A stretch of 64,000 nucleotides of DNA, taken from assembly GCF_006345805.1 (NCBI RefSeq), contig NC_043010.1, positions 45,570,001 through 45,634,000 on the forward strand, written 5' to 3'. Below are positions 36,534 to 49,360 of this stretch, piece after piece. Under the pieces are notes generated by a model that was not told the origin of the DNA, did no database searches, and saw nothing but the letters and a program-made list of their open reading frames with translations. The translations under genes and the position numbers were made by a program. How positions within the stretch are numbered: the first letter of the stretch is position 1; the number at the start of each line of letters is the position of its first letter. This stretch comes from Octopus sinensis. Its lineage: Eukaryota.

Positions 36534-37751
36534 ATAGTGCAATTCCTTTTTTTCTAATAAAATAAGATCTTATGGTTTCTACATATCTCATGAGTACATA
36601 TCTCATGTCAAATTTCTCCATCCTACTGAAATTGTCAAAGGGAAAGGCAAGGACTGATACAGCTTCCCTTTCCAAGTGTTGTTGCTCTCAGTATTCTTGA
36701 TATCAGAAAAGATGCCACAAGTATCCTATTTGGTGCTCTAACAATTTTGCCAATCCACTGTCCTTTCATTTACCCTAAAATATTCAGTTTGGCTCTAACC
36801 ATCATCATCAACTTCACCAATGTTTATTTGAAAAAATATAATGCAATAGTTTCTTTTTTTTAATTTTAGTATTGTTTAACAATTTTTGCTTGACATTTCA
36901 GTTTATAGTTCTGTGACATTTCAAAATTGAACTATCCCTCCCACTTGTAAGTGGGAAGCAAGAGGTTTATGTAAAGAATCACTAATTTATTTGTTTGCAT
37001 CTGCGTTTGCATTTTAGAAAAAACTTGAATGTTGTCTTGATTTTTGTTTTTGAAATATATGTCCATTCTAAAGTCAGCTGTGAAAGCACAGCCCACTATT
37101 TTCATTGAGCTGCATTTCAGATTAAGGATCAATATTTAAGAGTAAACACTATACTGTAGCATTAACAGAGTTTGAATTCATGATCATCTTCTCAGTAATT
37201 CAACAATTTAACCCCTCACCCACTCTATCTCAGACTTAACAGCACAAAATGTTAGGATTTTAGTTATTCCAGTCAACAATTAAAGTTTATTTTTACCTTT
37301 TATTGTGAAAGCAGGGGAATAAATGTCATTAAAATTTCATGTCTAAAGAAATTATCAAGAAATTAAATTACAGACTCATGGACATGAGTTCTTGTACATT
37401 TCAGATGTTTGCAAACATAATACTCCTACATCAATGAAATCATCTCAATGACAGGTGTTAGATCATCCACAAATTTTACATGTTGTTGTCAACACTGGTC
37501 AATCATTTCTGTTTCCATGGAGCACCCAGGGCTATATTATTTAATGTGTCCTTTCTGTTTTTAAAATTTTATTTGAGGCTAATATTTCTAGCAAGTTGAA
37601 TGACCATCTAGTGGCTCCTTTGTTGGCATGATGTTTTAAGTGTAATAGAGACTGGTATCCTTTCAGAAAAAGCAATTAAAATCTTCATAGTTTAATACAA
37701 CAGAATCTTTTGTCACTTGTTGGTGTTATATTATCTACTCCAATATTGCAG

Positions 37752-37770
37752 GGTGCTATCATTGGAAAAG
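37752..37770 (+). CDS. Candidate 19-nt microexon encoding GAIIGK(G), KH-loop-like, with a GC donor
   Basis: aatattgcag|GGTGCTATCATTGGAAAAG|gcaagt; motif only. Confidence 0.2.
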
Positions 37771-39009
37771 GCAAGTCTCCCTATAAACTGACAGTAATCT
37801 AACTGTCCTCATTCATTTCCCAAAGTAATGGCGTCATAGAGAGCAAAGTGACTTGAGTTCTGTAATGACATAAAAAGAAAGATAACATACATTTTAGAGC
37901 ATTTATGTCATTTTTAGTGTGGAAAGAGATTCTCCTTCTTCATAAAAAGGAAAGGAAATATAGGAATTTTAGTATATACTTCACAGTGTTTCAAGAATGT
38001 TACATGATGTGGTAATAAAACATGGTCAACAATTTTAGCAACCTATAAAAGTAGAAGAGAATACAAGGATGTAACCTCATAGATGTATAATTCTTGATTT
38101 CTAAAGAAAATAGATGGAAATTCAGGATGTTAGCTACCATTATAAGAAAGATTATTCAGATGGTATATACATGCAATAAGAATGTTTTGTGAGAATGAGA
38201 GTAAATAAAGTAGTGCACTAGTTTTAGACATTAGTTAGAGTAAAGACAAGTTAGGAGAAGTCTTGGAATAATGCAATTGGTTACAACTCTGGATCATATA
38301 TTAGAAGGATAGTTCTATATGATAGTTAAAAACATGCTTACACACAAATATCATGCTAGTTAATTTCAAAAGAATGATATGAAATAAGTTCAATTTCAAA
38401 ATTTTATATTATGAAATTTTCTATAAGTCTCAAAAACAGTAAAATACAAAGATCATGACAAGCTATTAAGGCAACTGATGTGGTCATCAGATATGCTAGA
38501 AAAAGCATATCCTAACATCAAACATATCCTCCCATCTTAAAAGAATATCCTGGATAATGTAAGCTTGAAAAAGAAAAAAAACAAAAAAAAACAGAACGGA
38601 TGGTCAGGGTCAGAATGCATTTCTTCAAGGGTATGTTTGATTAGATTCAGGGCTCACTTGGGGCTAAAAGACAACAATTAAAAGAGTATGATTTTTCTGG
38701 ATATACAACTTTGATTTTTTTTAGTGGTAATTTGTTTGCAGGTTATCTAAGATTGTGGCTATAATTTTCTCGGTAGAAGGGGGAAGTGAGCTTATAATGG
38801 AATGAAAATGAATGTTCTGAGCTTGATGAGTATATCTTTGATTTGTAAATAACTATCAGAGAAGGCGGGGGGAAACCTGTGATGTAGTTAATTCTGATTT
38901 AATAAGTAAGTGTTAGTAGAAGTAAGAATGAGTTCAATTAAGGAGAAAGAATTTTATATATTGTTCCAACATAAAGTATGATTAGATGTGAACATGACTT
39001 TATCCATAT

Positions 39010-39330
39010 CAATATTTTAACATCCACTTTCCAATGCTTGCATGTTGGACAAGATTATGTTGAAGTAGAGATGCCATGGCTGAATGCCCTTTCTAACCCA
39101 ATCCTCACCTTTTTCCAGGCAAAGGAATACTCTCCTAGTCTCTCAAACAATAAACAGCCTGCACATGGTTATGATTAGAAATGGAAACATGACATCATAT
39201 GAATGAGCCTTTTGTTTACTAAGAACTTGCAACATGTCAAGACATGACAAGAGGCCTGGTCATGTTTTCACTGTGGACTGCAATCAAGTGATTGCTGTCG
39301 GCAAGGTCTTTGTTTACAACTGTGAAACTG
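39010..39330 (-). mobile_element. RTE-tailed SINE-like repeat (same family as 52775-52950)
   Basis: TTTAACATCCACTTTCCAATGCTTGCATG..ATGCCCTTTC..CCTCACC is shared with 52785-52870. Confidence 0.6.
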
Positions 39331-39410
39331 AAAAAATACAAACACACAGACATGTAGTCACTCTCTCTCTCTCTCTTACACATACACACACACACAATAC
39401 AATAGTATGA

Positions 39411-39499
39411 GACACACACCCAAGGTGCCCTGTAGGAGAACTGAACTTGAGACCATGTGGATGGGAAGAAAACTTCTCAACCATACAGCCATGTCTGTG
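39411..39499 (-). mobile_element. S1 SINE head fragment
   Basis: CCCAAGGTGCC..ACCATACAGCCA. Confidence 0.7.
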
Positions 39500-40564
39500 T
39501 GTATGATTACTTTATAGATTTCAAATAATGATAATTCAGTATTTCAAATGTAATTATTTCAATTTTATATAAATAATTTTACTTAACTTCAAAAATGTAA
39601 TAGATTTATTAAAGAACAAAAGTTTGAATTATTTGGATGCTACTATCCATCATCAAACTATCACTGTCATGTAGGTAAGTCTGGAGTAGGGAATGTAGGT
39701 TGAACTAGAGAGAAATTTTATATATCTATATTCATATATTTCTGAATAAAATCATCTTCATAGTTATTTCGACAGCAGAATGCTAATGACGATGCAGGAG
39801 AGAGTGATAGAGATTCACTAGTATCTTACTTTATTGGCTCATTTTTTTTTTTTTTGCATTAAACTTTCTTCCAGGATCAACTTTACTTTGATTAGTATCA
39901 GTAATATACTGAAGTCAAAATTCTTGAATATTTTCTTCACACTCTTATGGAAAGGCCTTGACCCTTTAGGAATCATTATTTAGTTGGCAGATTAAACTTA
40001 CAAGACTTTGAATTGTATGATGTGTCTTCATGACTGGTTACATATCAACTTGAAAAACAAAAATGAGGTTAAGTGTCACCCAACTAAATCACATTTGATA
40101 CCTTTTATTGCAGAAATCAAATTGCTGTCTGATTGTATCATATTGCCCTCATGTTAGATGTTGAATTGATCTTGTCAAATACTAATGTTTCAAAATTTCA
40201 TGCAACATTAAACTAAAAAAAAAAAAAAAGAAATTAATAAAAGACTAAAATGTTTTGATAAAGTCTGTTGCACATTACACACTCTGCAAGAGAGATGATA
40301 ACAAAAGTTTTTGTCTGCCATTAAATCTGAAGTTTTAGAAACTCCCCAGTAAGTTGAGAGGTATCAAAATATTGTGCACTTGTGTATGTGTATGTGAGAA
40401 AGATGAGGTGAGTGCTTGGCAATGCAGTTTCAATTCTTGACTGAAACCATTTCACTTCATATACAAGGCTAATAATCTCCCATATCTCACTGTGTGCATC
40501 TATGTATTCAGTATAAATTTATAACCATATATATGGGTGTATGTATATATATATATGAGTGACT

Positions 40565-40760
40565 GCGTGTGTACCGTTGGCGATTTTTTTCCTCCGTCTT
40601 CCCTTCTCTGGATTTTTCCTTTTCCTGTGTTTCTGATGAAGAGTTCCGCTTGAAACGTTAAACCTTCCTTCTTTCCTGAGTGTCCAATAATACTATACTT
40701 GTTCCATGTCCTCGCGTTGTTGTGTTTTCTCTTTGTGTTTTCATGTTTGGATTAACTTTA
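40565..40760 (+). mobile_element. Penelope-like element end (pseudo-LTR fragment)
   Basis: Carries a CTGATGA..GAAACG hammerhead-type motif, is pyrimidine-rich and lies between (TA)n tracts; the classification rests on the motif. Confidence 0.6.
40629..40663 (+). ncRNA. Minimal type I hammerhead ribozyme-like motif
   Basis: GTTT-CTGATGA-A-GAGT-TCC-GCTT-GAAA-CG-T-T-AAAC: stem I GTTT/AAAC, stem II GAGT/GCTT (two G.U pairs), palindromic ACGT stem III. Confidence 0.55.
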
Positions 40761-43059
40761 TATATATATATACATTTAAAATGGCACAAAATACTATTAA
40801 CAAATATTGAAGAAACTATGTTTTTTTCAATCATTTCTTAGCACAAAATAGTGAGTTATGCTTGTTTATAATATCAAGATCTGCATGTTTCTATTATCAA
40901 CAGAAATTCATCAACTACTCATGTCTGACATTTACATTTTGATTTTAGTTATAGTATTCTTTGTTGAAGCTCAGAGTAAAGATGGTGAAAGATCTTAGTT
41001 TTAATTACTTGGATTCTTATCAAATCTACTAAAGCAACAAGTTTCATGAGTCATTAGAGAGCCTTGTGTTTTTAGAATGCAACCCATTGCTGTCTGTGCT
41101 GTAGGGAGGCCTCCCAGGAGCAAAGAAAAGAAAAATGAAAATTCCCAACTTCTCTCATTTGAATGTGCTTGGATATATAAATCATATATTCAGCATTATA
41201 GTTAAATCTCATAATCTACCATCTTTATTAGCTATCAATAGTTTCATCATCATCATTTAATATCTATGTTCCATGCTGGTAATCAAAAGTTTTTGATAAA
41301 CAGACTCTCTCAAATAATCCCTTTTATTAAACATACTTTTCTTTCTGATTTATTCCCAATTTGAACCCCTGCCTTCATTTGTTAACAAAATAGTGCAAAA
41401 ATAGACTGCAATTAGATTATTGAAGTAAACGTGAAGTCTAACTGGAATCCATTGAGCTGGATAAAATTTTCTTTCAACTGAAATAAGACGAGAAAAATAT
41501 ATCTAATAGATTAAATAAGTCACTATTGTCATACTTGTTAACTGTGAGCATTATCACTATAATAGCTAACTATTAACAACTAGCTATTGCAGCTCATTAT
41601 CACTGTTAAATAAACGAGGAAATCTTATATTAAAGCAGAATTCTAATTGGTTAATTCTAAAGACAAACACAATTTTTCCTTCTTGTATTTTCATCTCCTA
41701 AGTGGGGTTTGTTTTTTGTCTGGGAAACTTTTACAGTAGATAAAACAGGATATCATTTTTATCTTTATTGTATAGATAATATCTTTTAAGCACCAGTATC
41801 CTGCTGTCTTTGTGAAATAGCAATATGTGAATGGACACAATTAAGAATTGCTGTGACCTCTTCAGTAAAACTACAGATCATCTTAGTTTTGTTTCTGCTT
41901 TCTATCTATCTCTCATCATCATATGAACTATTTTCATGTTACATCTCAAATTTGGTGACTCCCTGTAAGTGAATGGCAAATGTTACTTATCCATATTAGG
42001 AAATGTTTTTTGTAACAATTTTTGTATATTATTGAAGTTCTATGGCAAAACAGTATTTTGAAGAGATTTTTAAGAGCTCTTGAAAATACTGTTTTACACA
42101 TGATACACCACTACTCAAGCAGACAACCGTTCTTGTTTAGAAATCAATTTTCTTGCATAGAAATCACTACATTAAGCTCATAAGCAAGATTCGTTACATC
42201 ACATACTTGTATTAGTCTAGCAGGAAATACATAAATTTTCTTAATGAAAGTATTGATCAACTGACTTTAAGAAGAGTAGTTAGCTATAAAAATACCTGAG
42301 TTTGTAAATTCAATACATGTTACTAGCTTAAATGAAATGAGGCAAAATGAGGAAGGGAGAGGGGGCAAAGAAAATAAAAAGTTCAGCAGACCAATCTATT
42401 TCTATCAACTTCTACACTTGATTGGCACCTTATAAAGTAATGTAAAATCTTCATATTTATTTTGTGGTTTTACATAAAAAAGCTATGGTCTGTACTCTGC
42501 TGACTTATAGATGAAATACGTTTCTCACGAATGTGCATTTGTTATAGAAGTAATTATAGGAAAAAAATACTTGTTATTAGCAGAATTAATTTATTGTAAT
42601 AGGAAAAGGGGGAAAAAGTAGCTACATTTGTCATAATTAATTAACAACATCATGTCTTAACACAACAACCGAATAGTAAAAGAAAAAGCAGTATGGAAGT
42701 CATGAAAAGATATAAAATAATGAATAATGAAAACTTGACTTTAAGTCTTCAGGCAATAAGTGATGTTAAAATAGCAACACATTATTATAACGGCTTCATC
42801 AGCTCATAGAAGAACCCATCAACCAATTCCGTGATGAATATTAGTTTTTCAGTACATTTTATTTTCAATGTCTTACAGTTACACTATAAATTTAATGTAG
42901 ATAAATTAACTTTCTACTTCACTTTTTATATTTGTGCCATCATTTGTTTTTAGTTTTCTTAACAAATTTTTTTTGAATGATATTAGATTACTTTGATGTA
43001 CATTAATAATTTACGTCTATGGCAGTGGAGTTGGAAGAGATGCTTCATTTTTGTTTTAA

Positions 43060-43310
43060 AGTGAAAGAGTAAGAACACCTAGAGCCTTTCACAAGCACTT
43101 TTTCTACCGAGTGAAGTCAGTGAGGCTGATATTCAGCTTGAATTTCTGTGGGTAAATGCTTATTGCAAAAATATGGACAAGGAATGAATTTCAGAGGGAT
43201 ACAATTCTGGTGAAAAAAAAGTGGGGTGGAGTGAAAGGCAAAGCATCTAAAGAAGGCTTGGGGGAGGGATTAATAACGTGTGAAAAGATGAGAAGTAGGC
43301 ACCACAGGTG
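43060..43310 (-). mobile_element. CR1/L2-like LINE 3' remnant
   Basis: Minus strand reads HFFFTRIVSL*NSFLVHIFAISIYPQKFKLNISLTD. Confidence 0.6.
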
Positions 43311-44379
43311 AACTTACTCAGAAGCAAACTATAACCTTTGGCATTCGTTTCCTCTGAAACTGATAGTATTTTCCATTTCCTTTACTCTTTAATGTTTATA
43401 TTTTTATATAAATATATATATGAATAATGGCTCAGTTTTTGTGAACTGGAAGTGGATTATCACATGACATAACTGTGTAGGAAACAAATAAACTGAACTA
43501 TGAAGAATCTGCTGTTTAATTTCAACATTATACTGCGTTTGGAATAAATAGGATGACAATAAGAATTTTCAAGGTTATAAATGAGATTGACATTAATGAA
43601 TGAACTGTGATATACTTTGAGCATTAACTATAGAATGTTCACTTCAGTCTTCATTGATTCATAAACTAATTCACCTTCTATTTGGCATTTGGGTTTCTAG
43701 TTTACATATGTTCATGTAAGTATGTGTGTGTGCCTACTTATATACAAAGCCCAACAGAGAGAATATTATTCATTCTAATACCATTTTATGTGTCAGTTGT
43801 TTTCTTCATTTGAACAGAGTACTTAAATCACATGACCCCATTATCTAAGCATCTAGGCAAACACTCCTCTGAATAAATAAGTAAACAAATGATTGAGTTA
43901 AGTTTTTGTTATGTCTAGCGTACTTTGTTTGGCAAATCTGGTCCTATCCCAGACATTCTTGTCATTTGTTTCTAACAATTTAACTTTTGTTAAATAATTG
44001 AATTTTATGAGATTGAAAAAAACAGGAAATTTAAAAAAAAATATAGGAAGTGAGCATTGCTATAAACAATAGATCTAAGGAACTGAGAAATTGGAAAGCA
44101 GTGTTTAGTCCCAGATATATTGTGCTGTTGCAGAGAATGATACCATATTGTGGTTTCCTGTTAGTTCTAAATGAAAACAAAAACTTGATTATGGACCTGG
44201 CCTACCAAGAATTTATAATGGGATAAGAAATGACTAATGGAAGAGAAAAGCACTATTACAGAATGGGAAAAGTTGGTGCCAATATTGCACTTCACCCTCT
44301 CTAATTCAAACTTCTATATTACTAAGTTCAAACTTTGCTCTAGTTGATGTAACCTTGCTCATTCAGTGTACTCCAGCTA

Positions 44380-44590
44380 TCAAGAGCTGCTGCCATCTTG
44401 AAATTGCAAGATTTGGATCTGATAGTCTGTGAGGCTCCACTCGGCAGCAGATGAAACTTAGTTTCAACTGATTAAACTGCAGTAATTTGAGATGAAGTGC
44501 CTTGCCCAAGGACATAATGCATGCACAATCTGGGATTCAAACACATAATTTCACAATCATGAATCCAACAGCCTAATCAGTAAGTCTTCA
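44380..44590 (-). mobile_element. tRNA-headed CORE-type SINE distinct from S1
   Basis: Reverse complement has a degenerate A box, GTTTGAATCCC B box and TGTCCTTGGGCAAGGCACTT CORE-like segment. Confidence 0.6.
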
Positions 44591-44598
44591 CTTCAGTG

Positions 44599-44643
<45 letters not shown>

Positions 44644-44647
44644 TATA

Positions 44648-44989
44648 TCTTTTATCTCCTATTTTTTAGTTGATTTAGTCATTGGACTGCAGCTATGCTA
44701 GGACACCACCTAGAAGGCTTTCAGTTAAATCAGTCAACCCCAGTACATATTTTTTAAACCTGGTACTTATTCTGTGAGTCTCTAATGCTGAACTGGATGG
44801 TTACAGGGATGTAAACAAACCAATACTGGTTGTCATTCAGTGATGGGGTACAAACAGAAAGTTACATACAAATATATATATATAAATAGACACACACACA
44901 CACAATGGGCTTCTTGTCTACCAAATCCATTCACAAGGGTTCAGTCAGCCCTTGGCTACAGTAGAAGACACTTGCCCATGGTGCCACAA
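44648..44989 (-). mobile_element. S1 SINE lacking its 5' head
   Basis: Reverse complement of the S1 body and tail. Confidence 0.85.
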
Positions 44990-46120
44990 TGAGGGTGAGA
45001 AATCTATAGAATCAACTTCACTATACAAGTGATATAGCAAAGCCGATTCAGTTGACTTTATGTCCTCAACAACTCTACAACATAACTAGGCTTTGTCATA
45101 AGTCATAGAACAAAAACGAGATTCTTCCCTTATAAAAATGAATTTTAAAAATATGAGAGATTTTCATTAGTAGAGTTAATCAAAAGCAAGCTATATATAA
45201 AAATTGCCTGAATTATTTTTAAAAAGCAGATGGTGTGCAGGTTTTAGGGTTAGAAATTACTCTTTGTTCTGAAAAATCAGTTATGTGTCATGAGTCAGAG
45301 GGAAACTGAGTTAGTGGTAGCCCAGAGATTTTAAGAATATCTTTCAATAAAATTGTGTTTTTGTTATTTGCGGGAGGGTGAAGAAAGAAACCTGATAAAT
45401 TTCTGTGTTGCTTTTCTTTTTTATGTTAACCGATAATGAAGTTCTAAGTTGGTATTGATTATATAATCAAAATATCTGGTTTTTAATAAAAAAAATTATG
45501 TTGTCAATATAATTTCAAGAATACATTAACAAAAGCAAAGTAAATATATATCATTATATATATATGCAAGAGCTAACACAATCAGCATTTCTGAATATTT
45601 AGCTAATAAAACTCTGGATTATGTGTTAGTCTATCACAAAAATCTTTACTGAAAAGCTGGTACTTATTAACTAAATAGGTAAATGAAGGAAAATAAAATT
45701 GTCTTTGACCAGAGACATAATAAACCACTTACAGTAGGATATAAAATTCTTGATCTGACCATTTTAATTCTAATTCTAACTTTGTTTCTGTTACTTATTT
45801 CTTAATACATTTTGATAATGCCGATGAACTGGTGTTCTCTGCATCCAACTCATTCCTTATCTTTAACCATCTGTCACACTGTTTTCACTATGCACACTTA
45901 TCTACACATTCACATTTTCTGCTTCTCTGTTGTATTCTGTCATATTTTCCTTATCATATTCACATCTCTGTTTGTCTTCCCCTTCTTCCATCCCTCCTTC
46001 TCCAGATGGGCAAGTCATGTATTCACTGCTTCAGCAAGACACCTGCTCTTGTCACTCTATTCTAGTTTCTTATCTCTCAGTTCTATACCCAACTCAGTTG
46101 AGGGGATCTTGTCTGGCAGG

Positions 46121-46300
46121 TACTTGGTGACCTCACCAGTGCTGATGCTATATTAAAAAATACTACCAATACACTCCATAAAGGGCATCCAGCTGTAGAA
46201 ACCATGCCAAACTTAGTACAGATCTCTGGCTCATCTGTTCATGTCAAACCATAAAAACCTATGCCAGCATGAAAAAACAGTGTTAAATGATGATAGTGAT
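46121..46300 (+). mobile_element. RTE-tailed non-autonomous fragment (probably extends left to ~45950)
   Basis: GGGCATCCAGCTGTAGAAACCATGCCAAA..GCCAGCATGAAAAAACAGTGTTAAATGATGAT. Confidence 0.7.
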
Positions 46301-47011
46301 ATGGGAGATGAAACAGATGTATTTCCCAGCATTTGCTTTATGTGAAGTGGTGCAAAATTTTCTTTGGCCTATTTTTCCTGTTAATTCAGGTAGGTGCACC
46401 AAAACTGCCTTTGAAACTGGAGACTAAGAAACCTTGCTACATACAACCTGCAGTACCTGAGTTCTGAGACACATTTGACACTCATGGCTTAACAAAGAAT
46501 GATAGGTGAAGGAAAATTTTGTGCTCCTTGTGCATTTTGCTACAACTGATTCAGCTGCAGATAAGCAGTGGTACTTATGTTATAGACACAATAACCTCGC
46601 TCATAAGTATACTGGAATCTAGCCTCTTAATCTGTGAACTGAATGCACACACATACAAGTACACGTAAGCATACACACACACCAAAAACAATAAAATACT
46701 TAAGGCCTGTATCCAAAGAAACTATATCAGGATGACATAGGAAAGTTTGGACATACTTGTCGTCAGTGATTATGAGGAAGAGCAAGATATGGAAGTCTTA
46801 TTATGAACAGTTGTTGGAAGAGTATGAATACACCATAGACAACCCAACTCTCAAGTGTTTAAGCATGTCTATGTATATTGTACTGAAAACTGACAAACAG
46901 TTTTGATAATGTTTGACTTATTTGTGAATAGAAGATTTACAACATTAGGAATATATTCATTTTGGCTAGGCATGAGGCTACTATGAATAAACACTATCCT
47001 TTTATTGTCTA

Positions 47012-47060
47012 CTAGCAGATATACCCAGCATTGCTCGGGATTAAAATGACATAGTTTTTT
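47012..47060 (-). mobile_element. Helitron/Helentron-type 3' terminus
   Basis: Reverse complement ATCCCGAGCAATGCTGGGTATATCTGCTAGT: hairpin, then CTAG, then T. Confidence 0.65.
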
Positions 47061-47064
47061 ATTG

Positions 47065-47343
47065 TTTTACTTGTTTTGGTCATGTGACTGTGGGCATGCT
47101 GGCGCATTGCCTTTAGTCGAACAAATCGAGCCCAAGATTCATTATTTGTAAGCCTTGTATTTATTCTATCAGTGTCTTTTGCTGAACTGTTAAGTTACAG
47201 GGACGTAAACACAGCAACATCAGTTGTCAAGTGATGGTGGGGATACAAACTCAGACACACACACACAAATATGCACATATATACAACAGTGTTCTTTCAG
47301 TTGCCTTGTATGAAATTCACTCACAAGGTTTTGGTCAGCCTGA

Positions 47344-47345
<2 letters not shown>
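47065..47345 (-). mobile_element. S1 SINE, 5'-truncated
   Basis: Reverse complement of the S1 body and tail. Confidence 0.88.
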
Positions 47346-47377
<32 letters not shown>

Positions 47378-48351
47378 GAATAATAAAAAAGTTCTTGGTA
47401 CAGTATAATATATTTAAAAAAGGAGTAGAGATTGCTTTAGGGGGTATAATTTTTATTTTAATGATATTGTTTATAGTTACTCTGAGTTTCGAGCTTTTCA
47501 ATAGCTGTTTTTTTTGTTTTTTTTTTTGCTTTAAAGGTAAACGATTCTGATAGAAGTAACTACTTTGCTGTCAATTCATTGGATTAATTCCAACAAAACA
47601 TTACAAGTTTAGTCACTGGCTCAGCACCTATGTTTGTGTTCTTCATTCCAAAATAATAAAAACTTTAACATACTTCCAAAATGGGACTTCATCCATGTCT
47701 ATCTGCATGTATATATGTGCATATGTGTGTAAGTGGGGTTAGGGGTGCGCAAGAAAAATATTTATGGAAATGTACTCATAAAATTTCTATTAAAATAAGT
47801 TGTCTTTATATGCCATGCTTGCAATTCTCCATATAAATGATAGCAAAGTGTGTATCAAATGAAATTAAAATCCTGGTTCAATGACAGATCAATCAAGTTA
47901 CTAAAGTTTTAACATTGTTGGTTAACAACATATTCTCTCTTTTAATTGAATATTGAAAAAGAGAGAAAATGCAAAGGAAATTAATTTTGGCGGTAACGAC
48001 TAAACCTCTTGGTTCGTTATCTCAATTAAAAACAATTCAGAGGTGTAACATTGCACTAGTTCATTTCCATAAATATTTTTCTTGTGCACCCACACAGCCC
48101 ATTCCACACACACATGCACATACAAAGGATTTTATATATATAGATTATGTTGTCGGTCATAAATATTGAAAGCAAATTTGTCTTTAGCAGGACAATGATA
48201 CACTTGATTAGGTAATGTTATGCATTGAGGCTCACCCAAACAAACTCTACTTCTAAATTAATAAATAATATAACAACAGCATTAACAACTTCAACAATCT
48301 CTAACTTTAGCACAAAGGCTACATATTTAGGAATGAGGGTGTAGTTTAATC

Positions 48352-48921
48352 CAGTAGTTCTCAACGGGGGTCTGTATGCTCCCTGTGGGTCCATATAAGA
48401 TTTTTGTGAGTCCAAGCAACATTAGTAAATTGGAGATTCACTATAGTATTTTAAGGGCCCTTGAAAAAATTTTGCTTTAGATGTATATATTAGAATGTAT
48501 TGCAAGAAACAGCTAGGCTTCTTTCTCTAACATTTTACATAGTTCAACCTATACAGGGTTGGCCAAAAGTCACCTGATAGTAAATCAAAATCATTTAATT
48601 CCAAGATTTATTTATGTTTAACAACTGAATGAATTTAATAAAAGCATCTAAATATGAAACATCATGAAAAATGTTCATCATGAAAATGTTCAAACTGAAG
48701 TCCTTCTTGAGCAACACAGTTATCCTTTTGAGTCAATACAGAATTACAGATAGTGTTTATGGAATTTTGACTTGTCGAGTGACTTTTGGCCAACTATATA
48801 TAAGTTCATGTGTGAAAAACAAAATAGAAATTTTGAAAGAAGTTTCTATAGAATGGGATCCACTAAAATAAAATTGTAACCAAAGAGGTCTGTAGATAAA
48901 AAAAAATGGTTGAGAACCCTA
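48352..48921. mobile_element. hAT (Charlie-like) MITE interrupted by a Tc1/mariner MITE
   Basis: Termini CAGTAGTTCTCAAC (48352) and GTTGAGAACCCTA (~48909-48921); the target-site duplication is not preserved. Confidence 0.7.
48554..48798. mobile_element. Tc1/mariner MITE inserted at TA
   Basis: TIRs TA-CAGGGTTGGCCAAAAGTCAC and GTGACTTTTGGCCAAC-TATA. Confidence 0.8.
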
Positions 48922-48944
48922 CAAAAGCAAAGTGAGATTTGAAC

Positions 48945-49360
48945 TAGGCGCAGGAGTGGCTGTGTGGTAAGTAGCTTGCTTACCAACCACATGGTTCCGA
49001 GTTCAGTCTCACTGCGTGGTACCTTGGGTAAGTGTCTTCTACTGTAGCCTCGGGCCGACCAAAGCCTTGTGAGTAGATTTAGTAGACGGAACTGAAAGAA
49101 GCCCATCGTATATATATATATATAAATATATATATACATGTGTGTATGTATATGTTTGTGTGACTGTGTTTGTCCCCCCAACATTGCTTCATAACTGATG
49201 CTGGTGTGTTTACGTCCCTGTAACTTAGCGGTTCGGCAAGAGAGACCGGTAGAATAAGTACTTAGCTTACAAAGAACAAGTCCTGGGGTCAATTTACTCG
49301 ACTAAAGGCAGTGCTCCAGCATGGCTGCAGTCAAATGACTGAAACAAATAAAAGAATAAA
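48945..49360 (+). mobile_element. S1 SINE, best-preserved copy in the window
   Basis: GGCGCAGGAGTGGCTGTGTGGTAAGTAGC..CCTTGGGTAAGTGTCTT..(TA)n..GACTGAAACAAATAAAAG; retains many CpGs. Confidence 0.95.

Noticed and set aside
36939-36956. TCCCACTT-GT-AAGTGGGA palindrome
   Set aside because: Eight-bp arms are expected by chance in 64 kb, and there is no supporting context.
43026-43152. Two phase-compatible plus-strand exons (VELEEMLHFCFKVKD-EVSEADIQLEFLW)
   Set aside because: The intron would be only 43 nt and the region is the antisense of a CR1/L2-like LINE end. It shows how easily false exon chains arise here.
48846-49292. Longest ORF in the track (148 aa)
   Set aside because: It is an antisense read-through of an S1 SINE, its (TA)n tract and a MITE end.
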